Source: the human T2T-CHM13v2.0 reference genome, Homo sapiens. Taken from it: a stretch of 64,000 bases of DNA. Below, in pieces: positions 1 to 20,236 of this stretch. The position numbers and the translations under genes are program-made. The DNA is taken from the NCBI RefSeq assembly GCF_009914755.1, contig NC_060928.1; one strand, given 5' to 3'. Numbering within the stretch: position 1 is the stretch's first letter; each line of letters begins with the position of its first letter. Under the pieces are notes generated by a model. The model worked only from the letters and a program-made list of their open reading frames with translations, was not told where the DNA came from and searched no databases.

Positions 1-518
1 TTTCATGTAATCACATTCCTGTCAGTAGCAGAGTAATTTGCCCACTATTTTAAGTATTAGGTGTATCCCAACCAATATCTTGACAGGGCATTCAGTATTA
101 AAATTAATATCTCAACAAATAAATTGAGTTCCTATAATTTTTTTCATCAAACTCCAAAGACCTGGAAATTTCTGGTGGAGAGAAGGTGAGACATACAACT
201 GTGTCTTCAGTGATACTCACATGCTTACATGAAAAGAACAAGAATATTCAATTTCTACTGCTTTTTCTACTGCAAGTATATCTAAGTCTTCTCTGTATGG
301 AAATATACATTACAGATTATAAAATTCCATTCTCCTTTACCATAGCTCTGTGATCATAGGGAGGCCAGGACTTCAAGTTGAGAATCATTGGCTTGTTAGA
401 AAGAATTAACAGGTAACTTCTATGTTGGGCTTTGTATACGTTGGACTGAACCTCAAAACAGAGGCTGTGATATTACATAGCCTATAAAATATACATTTCT
501 AGGGAATATATATATATA

Positions 519-7336
<6,818 letters not shown>

Positions 7337-7680
7337 CTCTGGGGAATATTTTTTAATGTTGGAGAATACTTTAGCAATATCATTACAGGGAAAACAAAGA
7401 ATAGTATCTATAAGAAAGCCCAAATAAAAATATACCAAACTTTTAGTAATAGTGTTTTCCTTTGCAAGGACATAAAGGGAAGCGAGTTGGTTATAGTTTT
7501 GTTCTTTGATTCTTAATCCTTGTATTCATTTTCCACTAAAAGCAATTATAATAAGGATAAAAACTAAAATTAGATGATTAAATATATTTTATTTATTTGT
7601 TTGTAACTTTGTAAAGGAAATTGCATTAAGCGTACAGCTTTGAACTTTAACCTCTACTGTGAGTTTAAGAGCTGTCTCTT

Positions 7681-7975
7681 TTTTTTTTTCTTTTAGATGG
7701 AGTTTTGCTCTTGTTGCTCAGGTTGGAGTGCAATGGTGTGATCTTAGCTCACTGCAACCTCCGCCTCCCGGGTTCAAGCAATTCTTCTGCCTCAGCCCCC
7801 AAGTACCTGGAATTACAGGTGTGTGCCACCATGCCCAGCTAATTTTGTATGTTTTAGTAGACAAGAGGTTTCACCATGTTGGTCAGGCTGGTCTGGAACT
7901 CCTGACCTCAAGTGATCCACCCGCCTTGGCCTCCTAAAGTGCTGGGATTACAGGAGTGAGCCACCGTGCCCATTC
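7681..7975 (-). mobile_element. Alu (AluSq/Sp-like)
   Basis: Full dimer with poly-T. Perfect 14-bp TSD aagagctgtctctt at 7667-7680 and 7976-7989. Confidence 0.95.
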
Positions 7976-8109
7976 AAGAGCTGTCTCTTGATTTCTTTAT
8001 GTACTTATATCATTTTATTCTGGCTCCTATTTCTCATTCATCTCACACGCCTTAGGCAACATTCTGAAGCATATTCTCTTATTTTACATGTAGTTCCTTT
8101 ATCTAGGCA

Positions 8110-8373
8110 TTGAACTGAACCTCATCACAGAGAATGTAATATTATACAACCATTAGAATATATGTTTCTAGGGAATATTTTTAAATGTTGGAGAATACTT
8201 AAGCAATATTATTATGAGGAAAACAAAGAATAACATCTAAAAGAAAGCTTAAATAAAAATATATAAAAATTTCAATAATAGTGTTTTCCTTTGCAACGAA
8301 GTAAAAGGAAGTGAGTTGGTTACACTTTTGTTCTTTGACTCTCAATCTTTTTATTCATTTTCCATTAAAAGCA
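8110..8373 (+). repeat. Second copy of a ~260-bp old local duplication (first copy = 441-509 + 7350-7544)
   Basis: Collinear match from ttg[g/a]actgaacctca through ttcca[c/t]taaaagca, roughly 80% identical by eye. Confidence 0.9.
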
Positions 8374-8519
8374 TACATATAAAGTATGGCTACATGTATA
8401 TACAAGTATATAATCATACTTTATATGTTACCATACATAAAATATGTTCATACTATGTATGTGTTTGTGTTTGCCTGTGCTTGTATTAACTTATATGTAA
8501 AATATTTTGTTTAGAAAAA

Positions 8520-8960
8520 GGTTAATTTTCATGTTTAATTCATCAGTATGCTTTCAACATCTAGCCGTGTTGTTTTGGTTACATCTTATTACTCATTCAA
8601 ACTGTTGCATAATATTTGATGGTGTAATACCTTTATTATTTCACTTCTGTCAATAATAGATTCCTAGGCTGCCTTCAAATCCCCAACAGCACAAACAAAA
8701 CTGAAATGAAGATTCTCATTTCAGTGAGAATTTTACTAGAAAATCTATATAGAAGCAGAATTCATGGATACATATGGATGGATGGATTAATAGGTAAATA
8801 GATAAATAGATAGATAGATAGAGAGATTTTGTTCCTGAAAAGCTGAAAAAGGCTATTTTCTCATCAGCTATACATGACGATTTTCCATACCCCTAAATTC
8901 TACCAGCACTTTCTGAAAATCATTTTTTCAAATGTTTACTAGTTGAAAGTGTGTAAAGGA
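8520..8960 (-). mobile_element. Ancient L1ME-like 3' fragment interrupted by (TGGA)n/(TAGA)n microsatellite at ~8772-8826
   Basis: Degenerate L1M 3'-end motifs (actgttgcataatatttgatggtg; catcagctatacatga...accagcact). Confidence 0.4.
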
Positions 8961-9235
8961 GTGTTTTGGGGAACTTTTAAGATGACTGAAACAATGATAT
9001 AGATATCTTTCTTTTAATTTTTCTGAAACTAGGGACAGTAACTAGAATACTAAAATGAACATATAATATGTACAGAGATGTCGATGACAATATATTACCA
9101 TGAACTCAGAAGTATGTGTGAAGGGGGACAAACCACTAATCACTGTAATACTTACATGGTAAATATGTAGGAGAAACAAATGAGAAAAAATAGCTCTTGT
9201 GAAAGATGTAGAAATTACAAAATTGTCGTTAGGTA

Positions 9236-9343
9236 TGTATTAGTCAATGTTCTGCAGAGAAACAGAGAAACCAATAGGGTATGTGTTGTGTACTGTTGGT
9301 TCTGTTTCTCTGAAGAATCCTCATTAATGTGTGTGTGTGTATT

Positions 9344-9378
<35 letters not shown>

Positions 9379-9752
9379 AAGATTGATTTATTATGGAAAT
9401 TGGTTCACACGATTGAGGAAATTGAGAAATACCACCATCTGCCTTCTGCATGCAGGAGAACCAGAGACGCTGGTAGTATAATTTAGTATGAGTCCAAAGG
9501 CCTGAGAACAAAGAGCGACAATGTGTCAAGGCAAGAGCCAGAGAAAGCAAATTCGTCCTTCACTTGCTTTTTAGTTCTATCCAGACAGTTAAAGGATTGG
9601 ATGATGCCTGTCCACACTGGTGAGCTCTGTGTCCTAATTTAAATGTGAATCTTTTTCTGAAATACCCTCATGAACATACAAAGAAATAATGCCTTACCGA
9701 TTATTTCAATATCCGTTAACCCAGTCAGGTTGACACAGAAAGTTAACAAGTT
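9236..9752 (-). mobile_element. MLT2 (ERVL) solo LTR with internal (TG)n(GA)n at 9328-9378
   Basis: MLT2 termini tgtattagtc...gagaaacagaa-ccaatagg and cccagtcaggttgacacagaaagttaac. Confidence 0.85.
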
Positions 9753-9759
9753 ACTCATT

Positions 9760-11080
9760 GTAAATCTCAGAGGGACAGTTTAAAATTAATAGTTGGAACT
9801 GGAGAGAATTTTATACCCTGCAACAGTAGATGAGTCTAAAACTAAAGCAGTAATATCTGTAGGATGCTGGAGCTTTCTGAGTCTCGGAATTCTCAAAACT
9901 AAAAAAGCTGCAGAGAAAAGAACAAAAAGTGAGCATCACAAGAACAATAGAAAAAAATGAAAGATGAGTTCCCCATAAAATTGAGAGAGGAGATCAGATC
10001 CAGAAGATTTTAAAAAGTAAGCTGCCATATTTATTTAAGTACATGAAAATAACGAAAGAGACAGCCAGGTTAAGCCAGAAAAGCTACCTTGAACTTTAAT
10101 CTTCTGAACGCTGAGTAAAACCAAATTAATGTAAAAACTAATAGAAAAAGAAAAGGGTCAAGCCCGCAAAAAGTTATAATAAAAGAGAATAAGAAGCAAA
10201 ATAACATATCTATAGATAACAAATGCATGCTAGGAAATCATGCCTATAGTTAAATTAAAATAATAGCTTATTATTTCAAAATAAAAAGTATCCATAAAAG
10301 TACAGGATTATGGAAAAATTACATAAATTTAAATTAAAAAATTAATAAAGAAGTGATATTATTCAAAGAGAAAACTAGAAAAAATGCCCACAGATGAAGA
10401 GAATGTTAAAAAGATTGCAAAGGTAAATAAACAGCGATTAGCGCCCTAAAACTAGAAAAAAAGAGTAATTTTAAAAATGAATAAAAGACATTAACTCAAT
10501 TCAAAAAAAGAGGAAACATTTATGAAATAAATGACGTTTATTTAACAGAGATATAAGAGGGACTTTGAGAAAGAAAAGTAGTTTAATCCAAGAAAAAATG
10601 TCCTGAAGCTAATACAAAGATTCAGAATTACATCTTGAGAAAACACACTACATAAGCTGACTCTAAATGAACAATTACTTGACTTCAGGAAAAAATAAAT
10701 CTACCTAAAGGAACAGGTCAAATGATTCATTTTATACTTTTGATATTAATGAGTTGTTCCAGAAGAAGATGACATAAACATTTTAGTATATTCAAGGAAA
10801 GAGATTGAAAGGTGAGGATTTTACACTCAGATTATACAACTTGCAAACAGTTGACAACAAGCAAGAACTCAGGTTAAATTAAGCTATAAGTTCTGCCTAA
10901 GGAATCTTCCAGGGAACAAGTTCTACACAATCAAAATAACGAGCCACATTGACAAAGTACTGGCAGAGAACATTAAATATATATTCTTCTGTATAACTAA
11001 GAGTATACGAGGTTAAACAGTATTATATAATGAATATGCCTTAACAATATAGATCCCACAAAGACTTAAAGGAAAAATGA
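9760..11080 (+). mobile_element. Highly decayed HAL1/L1M ORF1-like sequence
   Basis: Strongly A-rich + strand with degenerate ORF1 motifs (gattcagaatttacatcttgagaaaacacac; aggattttacactcag; caagcaagaactcagg). Confidence 0.4.
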
Positions 11081-11084
11081 TAAA

Positions 11085-11865
11085 AAGTTTGTGTTCTAAC
11101 CACAGTAAAATTAAATTATAAATAAAAGAAATATATAATTTCCAAAATATTTGGAAAGTAAACAATACATATTTAACTCAATGTTCAAAGAAAAAAATAT
11201 TAAAAAATGGAAATTACTTTGAATTGAATGACAATAGAAATAGAACATAAAAATTATTTTTGTGTGATGTAGCTAAAGCATTAAATATCAAGCAATTGAC
11301 AGCACTAAACACCTAGACTGAAAAAGAAGTTTTCATTACAACAATCTAGGCTTCCATCTGAAGAGGAGAGAAAAAGAAGAGCAAATTCAACCCAATGAAA
11401 GCTGGACAAAGAAAATTTAAGAGTAGAAATAAAATAAATGAAAGGCAAAAATAGTAGACAAAATTAACAAGAGCAAAAGCTGTTTTTTTGAGGAGATAAA
11501 TAAATAAAATGGATAATAGATGGATAACCCTTTAGCAGACTGATGAAAAGAGAATAAACATAAATTGCCAAGGTGAGGATAAAAGGGGGACACCATTAAA
11601 GATCTGGAAGCTACTGAAAGAATAATAAGGAAATATTTTTAAAAGTGTCATGACATTACATTTGGCAGCTTAGCTGAATAGAAAAAATTCCTTGAAAGTC
11701 TAAAATGACCAGGGTTCACTTAAGAGGAAATAGAAAACCTAAATAGACCTTGTCTATTAAAGAAATTATCTTGTAGTTAAAACCGTCCCTTAACACACAC
11801 CACGCATGCACAGAAACACACACACGGTTTCACTATTGATTTTTACCAAACATTTAAGGAAGGAG
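11085..11865 (+). mobile_element. Ancient L1M ORF2 fragment
   Basis: Degenerate ORF2 motifs (ttctaaccacagtaaaattaaatt; gatgtagctaaagca; gaaatagaaaacctaaatagacc; ttttaccaaacatttaagga). Confidence 0.75.
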
Positions 11866-14800
11866 TCTGCAATCTATTTTTTTTCTCTGTTGCGTCAGTC
11901 TATCTATTTGTTCTTTCATTGATCCCGTGCTGGTTTCATTAATGTGGCTTTGTAATGTGTCTTACCGTACACTCCCTTTCTCAGCATTAGCTTACCTTCA
12001 CTAAGACCTTTATTTTTCATACTAATTTACATTTTTTTCAAATTTCTCAAATTTTAAATTATAGAATTGTAGAATTAGATAGCTACAAGTTAATTTTTAT
12101 AATTTTAATTAGTTTATATTTTTCTCCTCATTGATTTAAATTTTTCTTTTGCTCTATTTTTAAGATTTTTTTCATAAAAGACAATTTTTGTTGAGATCAA
12201 TATTATTTTTATGAATATTTGCATTAGTATCTTATTAATTATGATAATTTCTTGTCAGTTATTGCTACAGTAGGAAAATAAAATTTTGTAAGTGGTCTTA
12301 CATATGACAACATTGAACTGCATCATTTCCATTTGATAGGACTAAACATTTTTCTACTTTTCAATACTTCTAAACATTTTCTGTAGTAAATTTACTACTT
12401 TATTGTTGGAAATAAAATAAAATATAAAAGAACATGTGTTCTAATGTAAACATTATCATATTTTACATACACTTGAATTCTGCTATCATTGTTTTTTATT
12501 AAAATAAGTAAGAGAACTATCAACTGCAGAACTAAAGAAAATCCCAGTTAACTAAGAGTCATATACTGCAATCCACACTGTCTTTAATCTCTGGTGGAGT
12601 AATTATTCCAGTTTGTTTTCAGAATAGCTTTGAGGCCTTTAATATTATAGTACACTTCCCCTGCCCGGCATTCCACATCCCATTCACTCAGGGAACTGCA
12701 TTGGAACTAATACTAAGCATTAGGGAAGAAAACATCTGTTGTTCTTCTAAAGTTTTTTTTCCTTGTAAAAGAATCTTCCATTAGAAAAACTCTCCTAGCG
12801 TCTCGCCACCTATTTGCTCATTTTTCTTCAGCAAAGAATTGACCTATCTGATTATCAAGTTTAGAAGAATGAGCTAGATGTACGATCAGGCTTCTCTTTA
12901 TCTGAAATCTGCCTGGCAGCCAAAGTTCTGCTCTCTGTCCTTGGTCTCAAGTTCATTACTAAATTTGATTAAATATAAAAGCTCTGACTATGGCTTTAGT
13001 TTTTCAGTAGTAAAATGTAGCTTCATTTACTCATCAGTGTCAGATTTTTCTTAATAAGAAGGAAACTTATAAGACTATCCTATCTACTTTTATTTAAGGA
13101 GATAAACAATGAAATGATTAGAAACCCAAAGGCTGACGAGGTTCTTACAAAGACCTGTGCTTGGAACTTCAGGCTCTGAGAATAATACTTGCTCAGAGAA
13201 TCAAAGACAAATTGAAATGACTAGAAAAACTGCTTCAATTTTCCCATTAGGTAAGGAGCAGCAAAGAATCAAAACAAAAGAAAAGCTGACTATTTTAGGG
13301 AAAGAGATAGTTCCTCAAAAGGAATGTTAAATCTTAGGAAGAAATTAAAGAAGTTATAACTTACAAAATAAATTTTGGAAGGGCAGGACAGAGAGATAGA
13401 CAAAGGGAAATGAAGTAGAAAGGGTATCTGAAAATAGAATGTTGTTTTAGTTGTTAACAGACCAGCTAGTACAACTAAAGCCTCAAATGTCAAGATCAAA
13501 GACTGGAATAACTTCCCAGGGGAGATTTAGGGTCCAGGGAAATACTAAGAAGTTATACAATAAAAAACAAGCACCTAAGAATTGATACAGGTATCTCAGA
13601 TAATTATATAAAACTGGTAGAGATCTTAGAGAAGACCAGAGAGACAATTGTAAGACACTGTAAGAACTACTGGGTTAGTTCTAAGGGGACTTCTTCAAAA
13701 TAGGTGGGATACAGGTATTACGTGTGCCCTGGGCCACCAGGCTGAAAAGTATATTAAATTAGGATTTAATAAAGAATCAAAGTTAGAGAAAACTTTAAGT
13801 AGGGCCCATGGCTATCTGATAGGCAAAATTTTGCCAACTGAAAACAAGTTGCTCTGTGCTTTGGGTAGACACACACCATGTAAGGGCACACAGCTCCACA
13901 ACAGAGATACAGGTCGGATATCGTTTTTTTGTTGTTTTTTTTTTTTTTTGCAATTTACCACCTATAAAGCAAATATGGCTCCTGGGTGGGATTATCAAAC
14001 TCAAGGTAAGAAGGAAGAATAAAATTTTTTAAACAGTGGATATATTTGGCAGATCTATGGTTCTCACTAAGGGAAACTCCCAAGAAAAAAATCTATTAAA
14101 AAAAGTTAAAAACAAACAAAAAAGAACAATTACAGTGCAGAATGTGCAGAAATAGCACAACAAACTAGGCACTCAATTCCAGCAAACAATAAGCATATGT
14201 TGAAAAAAAAATCAAAGAAGAGGGAGGTTAAAACATAAAGAAGAATAATTCAGTCATTTTTAAAAGAGCAGAAAAGTGCTTCTCAGCACATACTCATACC
14301 CCTAGGACATTTTAAAAAATAATTAAGGCTCCTGTCCTAGCTCATAGCTCTTGACTTTAAAACCATGGGGGGTGAGATTATTTTTAAAGAACTTCCTTCC
14401 TAATTCCTGTGTGCTGTCGGAGTTCAGAGGCATCACATTAGAGGCAGATTCTACTACTATATAATGATATGGATTGGAATGCTGCTGCACCAGATCCAAG
14501 TCATTCAGAGCTAGGTTAACAGAATCTCTTGAAACAAGCATGGTAAAAGTATTGTACACTGCTAGGGCCCTAGTGGAAAAACTTTGGGCAGATTAAGAGT
14601 TCCTTCAATTTAGGAATCTTTTGGAGGTAATTCTACAGCAGAAACAATTACAGGGACTGAGGACAAAGTTTCCCTAGGAGGCAAGTTTCACAGGCATAAG
14701 CAACAGCAAGAGGTAATAACAGCAGCCAATAGGCAGAGGACAGAAAATGCTTGATCATGAGACAATAGAAAAGCTATGTCACCAGGCAGAGTTCACACTG

Positions 14801-15543
14801 AATGCTGCACTAGCAAGACAGAGACATAGGGATTCAGGGGGAAATGAAAATTAGGCATCTTAAACCATTCTGGATTTAGATTTTGGGTTGAGGCTGCCAA
14901 CATTGTACATTTCTAGCCAATTTCAGAAGACAGGAATGATTCAAATGTCACTCTCTAAGAAAGAATTAGGTAGAAATTATTTTATACATCACAAAACCAA
15001 CTACTCTATTCCCGAAAATGGGAACAATCAAAACAAAACAAAAACAGTAACATCAAAGTTCCAATTTTCCCTGTTTATGATGCAACTGCTTCTCTAATTT
15101 TTATGCATTGAAGAAATAAACCAGTAGGCTGGCTTTCTTTTCACTTAGATAAGTTATCTCTTTTCTGCCTCTAACACCTTTGCTTACACCTGCTCCAGAA
15201 ATTTAAACTGCTGAAAGTCAGGATTCCATCCTTCTGATTCCTATGAACCTAATCTCCCCTCCACAGTAACTGAACCATTTCATCCTTTGGTGAGCCAGCA
15301 AATTCAAATTATCTTCAATTTGTTGTCCTTCACCAGGCTTTAGTTTTCTTCTCTCATTTGAAAATGCAGTAAAAGTCCTACGATAATGTGATATGTAAGA
15401 TCTAAAAATTTAATCATTTTAAATGCTGGGTCACGTTGTTTTGAGGTTAATGACACGTCTTGAGTAAGCCTGTGCAGCTCCTTGATCAGGGAATCTGAGC
15501 CTGTGAGCCCCAACTCCATCCAAGGCCTGCCTGCAATCTGGTG

Positions 15544-15557
15544 CCACCTGATGGCAG
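15544..15557 (+). promoter_or_regulatory. Candidate CTCF site
   Basis: CCACCTGATGGCAG has 1 mismatch to the core CCASYAGRKGGCRS and lies in a locally GC-richer non-repeat patch. Confidence 0.45.
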
Positions 15558-16804
15558 TTGTTCCCTCCAGCTTAAATAATAAATGGGGATGTTTCTGGGT
15601 CCTGTAGGAGGCTGGAACTTCTGGGACAGAAGCAGTGATTTCAGGAATGTACCTAGAAATGGACCCATTTTATTGGACCAATCTGGATTCATCAGCCTAG
15701 GAGAATAATGAAGATATGAAGACCCACATTCTCAAGATGCGATTGTCTGCTATTTTCCTACTTGGACTTGTCTTCGCTCCAAAAGAGAAACACTACTTCC
15801 ATTTGAGAACACAGGTTGGTCACAGGCTGAGAGTTAATCACTAATTACATTATTTCAAAACTTGGATTAACCCTGCGTAGATTATTGCAGGGATTTGCTG
15901 TACTATTTTTCTGGCTCATGTCTTTTCCAATTTTAACTTTTAGCTTCCTTTACAAGAACCTTCTACTAGATAATCACTGCAACCTTCAGTCTGTTTCTCC
16001 GAGTCTTCAAGATTCAGCTAAAATATGTTATCTTTTCCTAAATGCTTCTCAGTCTCCTTCCCCTGAACTTCTTGCCCTCCCTTACTCTGTGCCTCTTCAG
16101 GTCTGAATAAACATGGATGCAGAACACATCACCGTCTCATAATTTATTGATTACTTATCAGCCCTCTTGATCTTGAGCTGCTTTAGGATAATAACCTATC
16201 ATCATTCTATTCCAAGAATTGACCACAGTGCCTAGAAAATTGTTGATGATTATCTAAGTATGACTTTATTTATTCCCACTATGTTACACATCCCTAACAT
16301 TATAGATGATTTCTTTATTGGCCCTCTAGTTCCTTGAAGAATGCTTTATTCATAGTAGCAGAATCACAGCTAACTTGAGCTCATACTGAAAACATCTTTG
16401 TCTAAAATTTTAACATTTACTTTATTTAATATAAAAGCTAAATTTGGACTGCATGATATTACTTTCAGCATTACCACTGTCCACATAATGTTACTTTACC
16501 CCTTTATCTTATTTTCTCCTCCTTTTATTTTAAACCAGTGTTAGCTTTTAATCTGAGAGTATTTTCTGTGACTCACTATAAACAAGACATGGTGCTGGCA
16601 ATGTCTTGTTAAAAAGTTAAAAATAAATACCACGAGAGTGTGTTCTCATCCTCTTGAGCCCAAAACGTAAAGAACTAATGTTGATAATGTTGCAAATAAT
16701 GATCTTTTAAAGAAAAGTGTCATGTTTTAAAAAGTAGACTACAATACTAGGTATTATATTAATTATTTTATAATGACCTGAAACTGCATATATACTTCTC
16801 ATAC

Positions 16805-16942
16805 CTCATGGATGATGAATTAAAGGAGGTTTGGGAATATCAACAACCTGCCCAGGTATATAGAATGAGTAAATGTAGAATTAGCACGTGAACATTGACT
16901 CTTCAGTTCAATGACTCATGTGCTTAACCATGACATTATGCA
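16805..16942 (-). mobile_element. MIR fragment
   Basis: Degenerate MIR core (aacctgcccaggtat...agtaaatgtagaattagc...gtgcttaaccat). Confidence 0.55.
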
Positions 16943-17143
16943 TCTACATGTGAGAAAGGCAATGCAAGCAATGTAGAAAATGCTGATATGCAAGATGAAG
17001 AGGAACAGATTACCTTCAAGTGGACTATTCAGAAAAAGTTTCACAAAGGAAGTAAGATGTGAGTTGGTTCTTGAAATATATGAAGAGGAAAGGACTGGCA
17101 GGGTGAATTATAAAATACATCTGGGAAAGAGGTGATTAGATAT

Positions 17144-17545
17144 TCTATTAGTTCTTTCTCACACTTTTATAAAGAAATACCTGAAACTGGGAAATTTATA
17201 CTGAAAAGAGGTTTAATTGGCTCACAGTTGTTTGGGCTATACAGGCTTCTGCTTCTGGGGAGGCCTCAGGAAACTTACAATCATGGAGGAAGGAAAAGAG
17301 AAGCAAGCATGTCTTCATATGGTCAGCAGGAGAGAGAGAGACAGAGAGTGAAGGAGGAAGTCCTACACACTTTCAAACAACCAAATCTCATGAGAACTCT
17401 GTCAGGAGACAGCACTGGGGGATAGTGCTACATCATTAGAAACCATCCACATGATTCAGTCACCTCTTACCAGGCCCCACCTTCAACTTTGAGAATGACA
17501 ATTCAACATGAAATTTGGGTGTGGACACACAGCCAAACCATATTA
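17144..17545 (-). mobile_element. MSTA (MaLR) solo LTR
   Basis: MST motifs (aaagaaatacctgaaactggg; gaggtttaattggctcacag; cagccaaaccatat). 5-bp TSD gatat at 17139-17143 and 17546-17550. Confidence 0.9.
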
Positions 17546-18919
17546 GATATAAAGCTTCATACTGGGTAATTCTAAAGACAATCTTTCTTTCTTTGATTTC
17601 TCATAAATAAAGCTCTCATTTATTTTCTCTCAATATGGCATTCAAATTAATTTACTGTCCCAGTACAGATTTGAGTTCAAAGGGATTCATCTGTTAACTA
17701 ACATTTTGCCTGGAGCCTTTTACAGATACAAAAATAATGTAGAAAATAATGATTCTGGATTAGATCTAGTCTGTGATAAGGGACAGAGCAATGTAACTCT
17801 AGAGACCAAAAATAAACATCATTTGTACCAGGCTGACTTCAACCACTTACTGGTAAATTGTATAAGAAAATGTTGTGCACATATCTGTGCATCTTTTTAC
17901 CTTACAATTACATAGTTTAAGAAGTAATAGAATTGTATATTTGAAATTAAGAAAGCAATAGTAATTTTTTGTGATCCTTAATATAGTGGCCAGCGAAGTT
18001 TTCTAGCTGCCTCAACCTTGTGCTAATAGGTCACAGAGACAAAAGAATGAGCAATATGAAAGCCCGTATTAATTATAAACTAACTGCAGAAGTAGTATAA
18101 GAATGAGTTTGAGAGTCATCATGTTTTGAGATACATGTGAAATAGTTTGTTGCTAATAAAATATGCTTTATGGGAAGTAGGAAGCCTTAAGGGAACAGAT
18201 ATTTTCTCCTAAAAAAATACTTTCACTCAGACATCACAATATACAAGGTTCTACTTTTTGAGATTTGTTGGAGTAAGAGATGTTCAACGTACTTTCCAGC
18301 TAGTAGAGGTGACACAAAAAGTATTCAGGCAAAAGTTACAGATATACTTTTTATATTCTTGTATAATCTATTTGGTCAGTGTTAATTGCTGTTTACTAGC
18401 CCTGTGTTCTTACTTTGCAAGGGCAACATGTCCATAACCTTTCAGCAAAGTGAGCAACGCTTTCTGCTTCCTTTTCAGTTTATCTGTTATCAGTATAACT
18501 TTTTAGTAGTCTGTCACCATATGACCATATCAAATGTACTGCTTCTGTGTGAAATATTTTTTAAATGAGGTGACAGATATAGAAATACTTTGAAACAGAA
18601 TGGTGATTGAAAATGAAATGGTATTGTCATTACTATTATTTATTATATTATCTTCTTATTGTACATACAAAACTTCCTCAAGATATCCAGTAATGATCCT
18701 TTCTCAAAAAAATAAAAATTGCTCAGGAGAATTCTCTCACTAAAAGCTCTGTTTGCTTAGAAATTTCTGTCTAGAATAAGTACATCCTGCCATTTCATTT
18801 TGCCCTCAAATGTGTCACACACAAAAAAAGGCCACATTATATGTGAAAAGTTTGGCTGGAAAAAACAAAACTGGCTGGTCAAAATTTCACAATGCTAACA
18901 AAAATATTAAATTATTCTT

Positions 18920-20060
18920 CAGGTCTCTCAATTTTTTCTAAATATATTTTATAAAATATGTTCCTAGAATATTGTTTTTTGGATGTTAATAGTTATTATA
19001 AAAAATAAGGTTTTGTGGCTAAAAATGTGTTAGGTTCATGTAGTAATATAAGTATAGTGATAATAATTTTGATGACTATAATCTTTTGAATAGTTTCTAA
19101 GATATGTAATTCCTAAAAAATTTAGTATTTAGAAAAAAATTAGCTTTAGAAGTATTATCTCAATCTTGACAAGAATCTCGCTAATTATGCCATTTTGTAG
19201 GTGAGGTATCAGAAATTTATTTAGAGCCATTAAGTAAACTGCAGAAAGTCACACAGTTTGTAGCAGAACCAAGATCTAAATCAAGGCTTTTCTACTCAGT
19301 TTGAAATTTCCTTTACATTAAAAGGTAAGGATGTTTTATTTTTTACTCCAGACTATTTTAGAGCTGCTAATATGTTAATGCGTTACATGCTATATTAGTT
19401 AGGATTCTTCATAAAAACAGAACCAGTGGGAGATATATATATATGAAGATAGAGACAGAGTAAGAGAGAGATTATAGGGAATTGGCTCATATGATTACAA
19501 AGGCTGAGAAGTCTCAAGATTTGTAATCACAAGCTGGAGACCCAAAAGAGCAGATGGTGTAGATGCAGTCTGAATACAAAGGCTTGAGAACCAGGAGGGC
19601 CAATATGTAAGTTTCAGTCTGAAAGTTATGCAGGCTCAAGACCCAAGAAGAATGACTTTTCAGTTCAAATTTGAAGGCAGGAAAAAGACCAACGTCCCAG
19701 CTCTTCAGAAAAGCAGCAAGAATTACCTCTTTTTGTTGTATTCATTTCTTCATTTGATTGAATGATGCCCATCTACATTAGGGAGGGTATCTGCTTTACT
19801 CAGTCTACTGATTCAAGTATTTATTTCATCCAGAAACAGCCTCACAGACACAACCAAATAATGTTTGACCAAATGTCTGGGTACCCTATGAGCCAGTCAA
19901 ATTGATACAAAAAACTAACCGGTATACATGCGTATATGTAAACCTTAGGGCTAAGGTGAGACAGGAAGATGGGTATTTTCCAAATACATTTGATGGCAAA
20001 ATCTATCTTTTTGAAGAACAATTCTCAAGATCAATGCTCTATAGAACAGCTTTGAGATTT
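18920..20060. mobile_element. MER103-like hAT fragments split by MIR (~19190-19300) and MLT2 insertions
   Basis: Motifs ggatgttaatag...aaggttttgtggctaaaaatgtg; agagctgctaatatgttaatgc; tttccaaatacatttga...gctctatagaacagcttt. Confidence 0.45.
19391..19926 (-). mobile_element. MLT2 (C/D-like) solo LTR
   Basis: MLT2 termini. 5-bp TSD catgc at 19386-19390 and 19927-19931. Confidence 0.9.
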
Positions 20061-20236
20061 ATCACTTAAGACTTTAGAAACTATTACATTACCTCACACT
20101 CTCTCCATAACCTTTGAAAGTTTTTACTCTTCCATTTCATTTTGAATCAATGTGCCCTCAGAAAGGAATAACTCTAATAGAACCCATCAGAACGGAGGGA
20201 ATTTGTCTTTAAGTAACTACGGTATATTGTTCCAAT

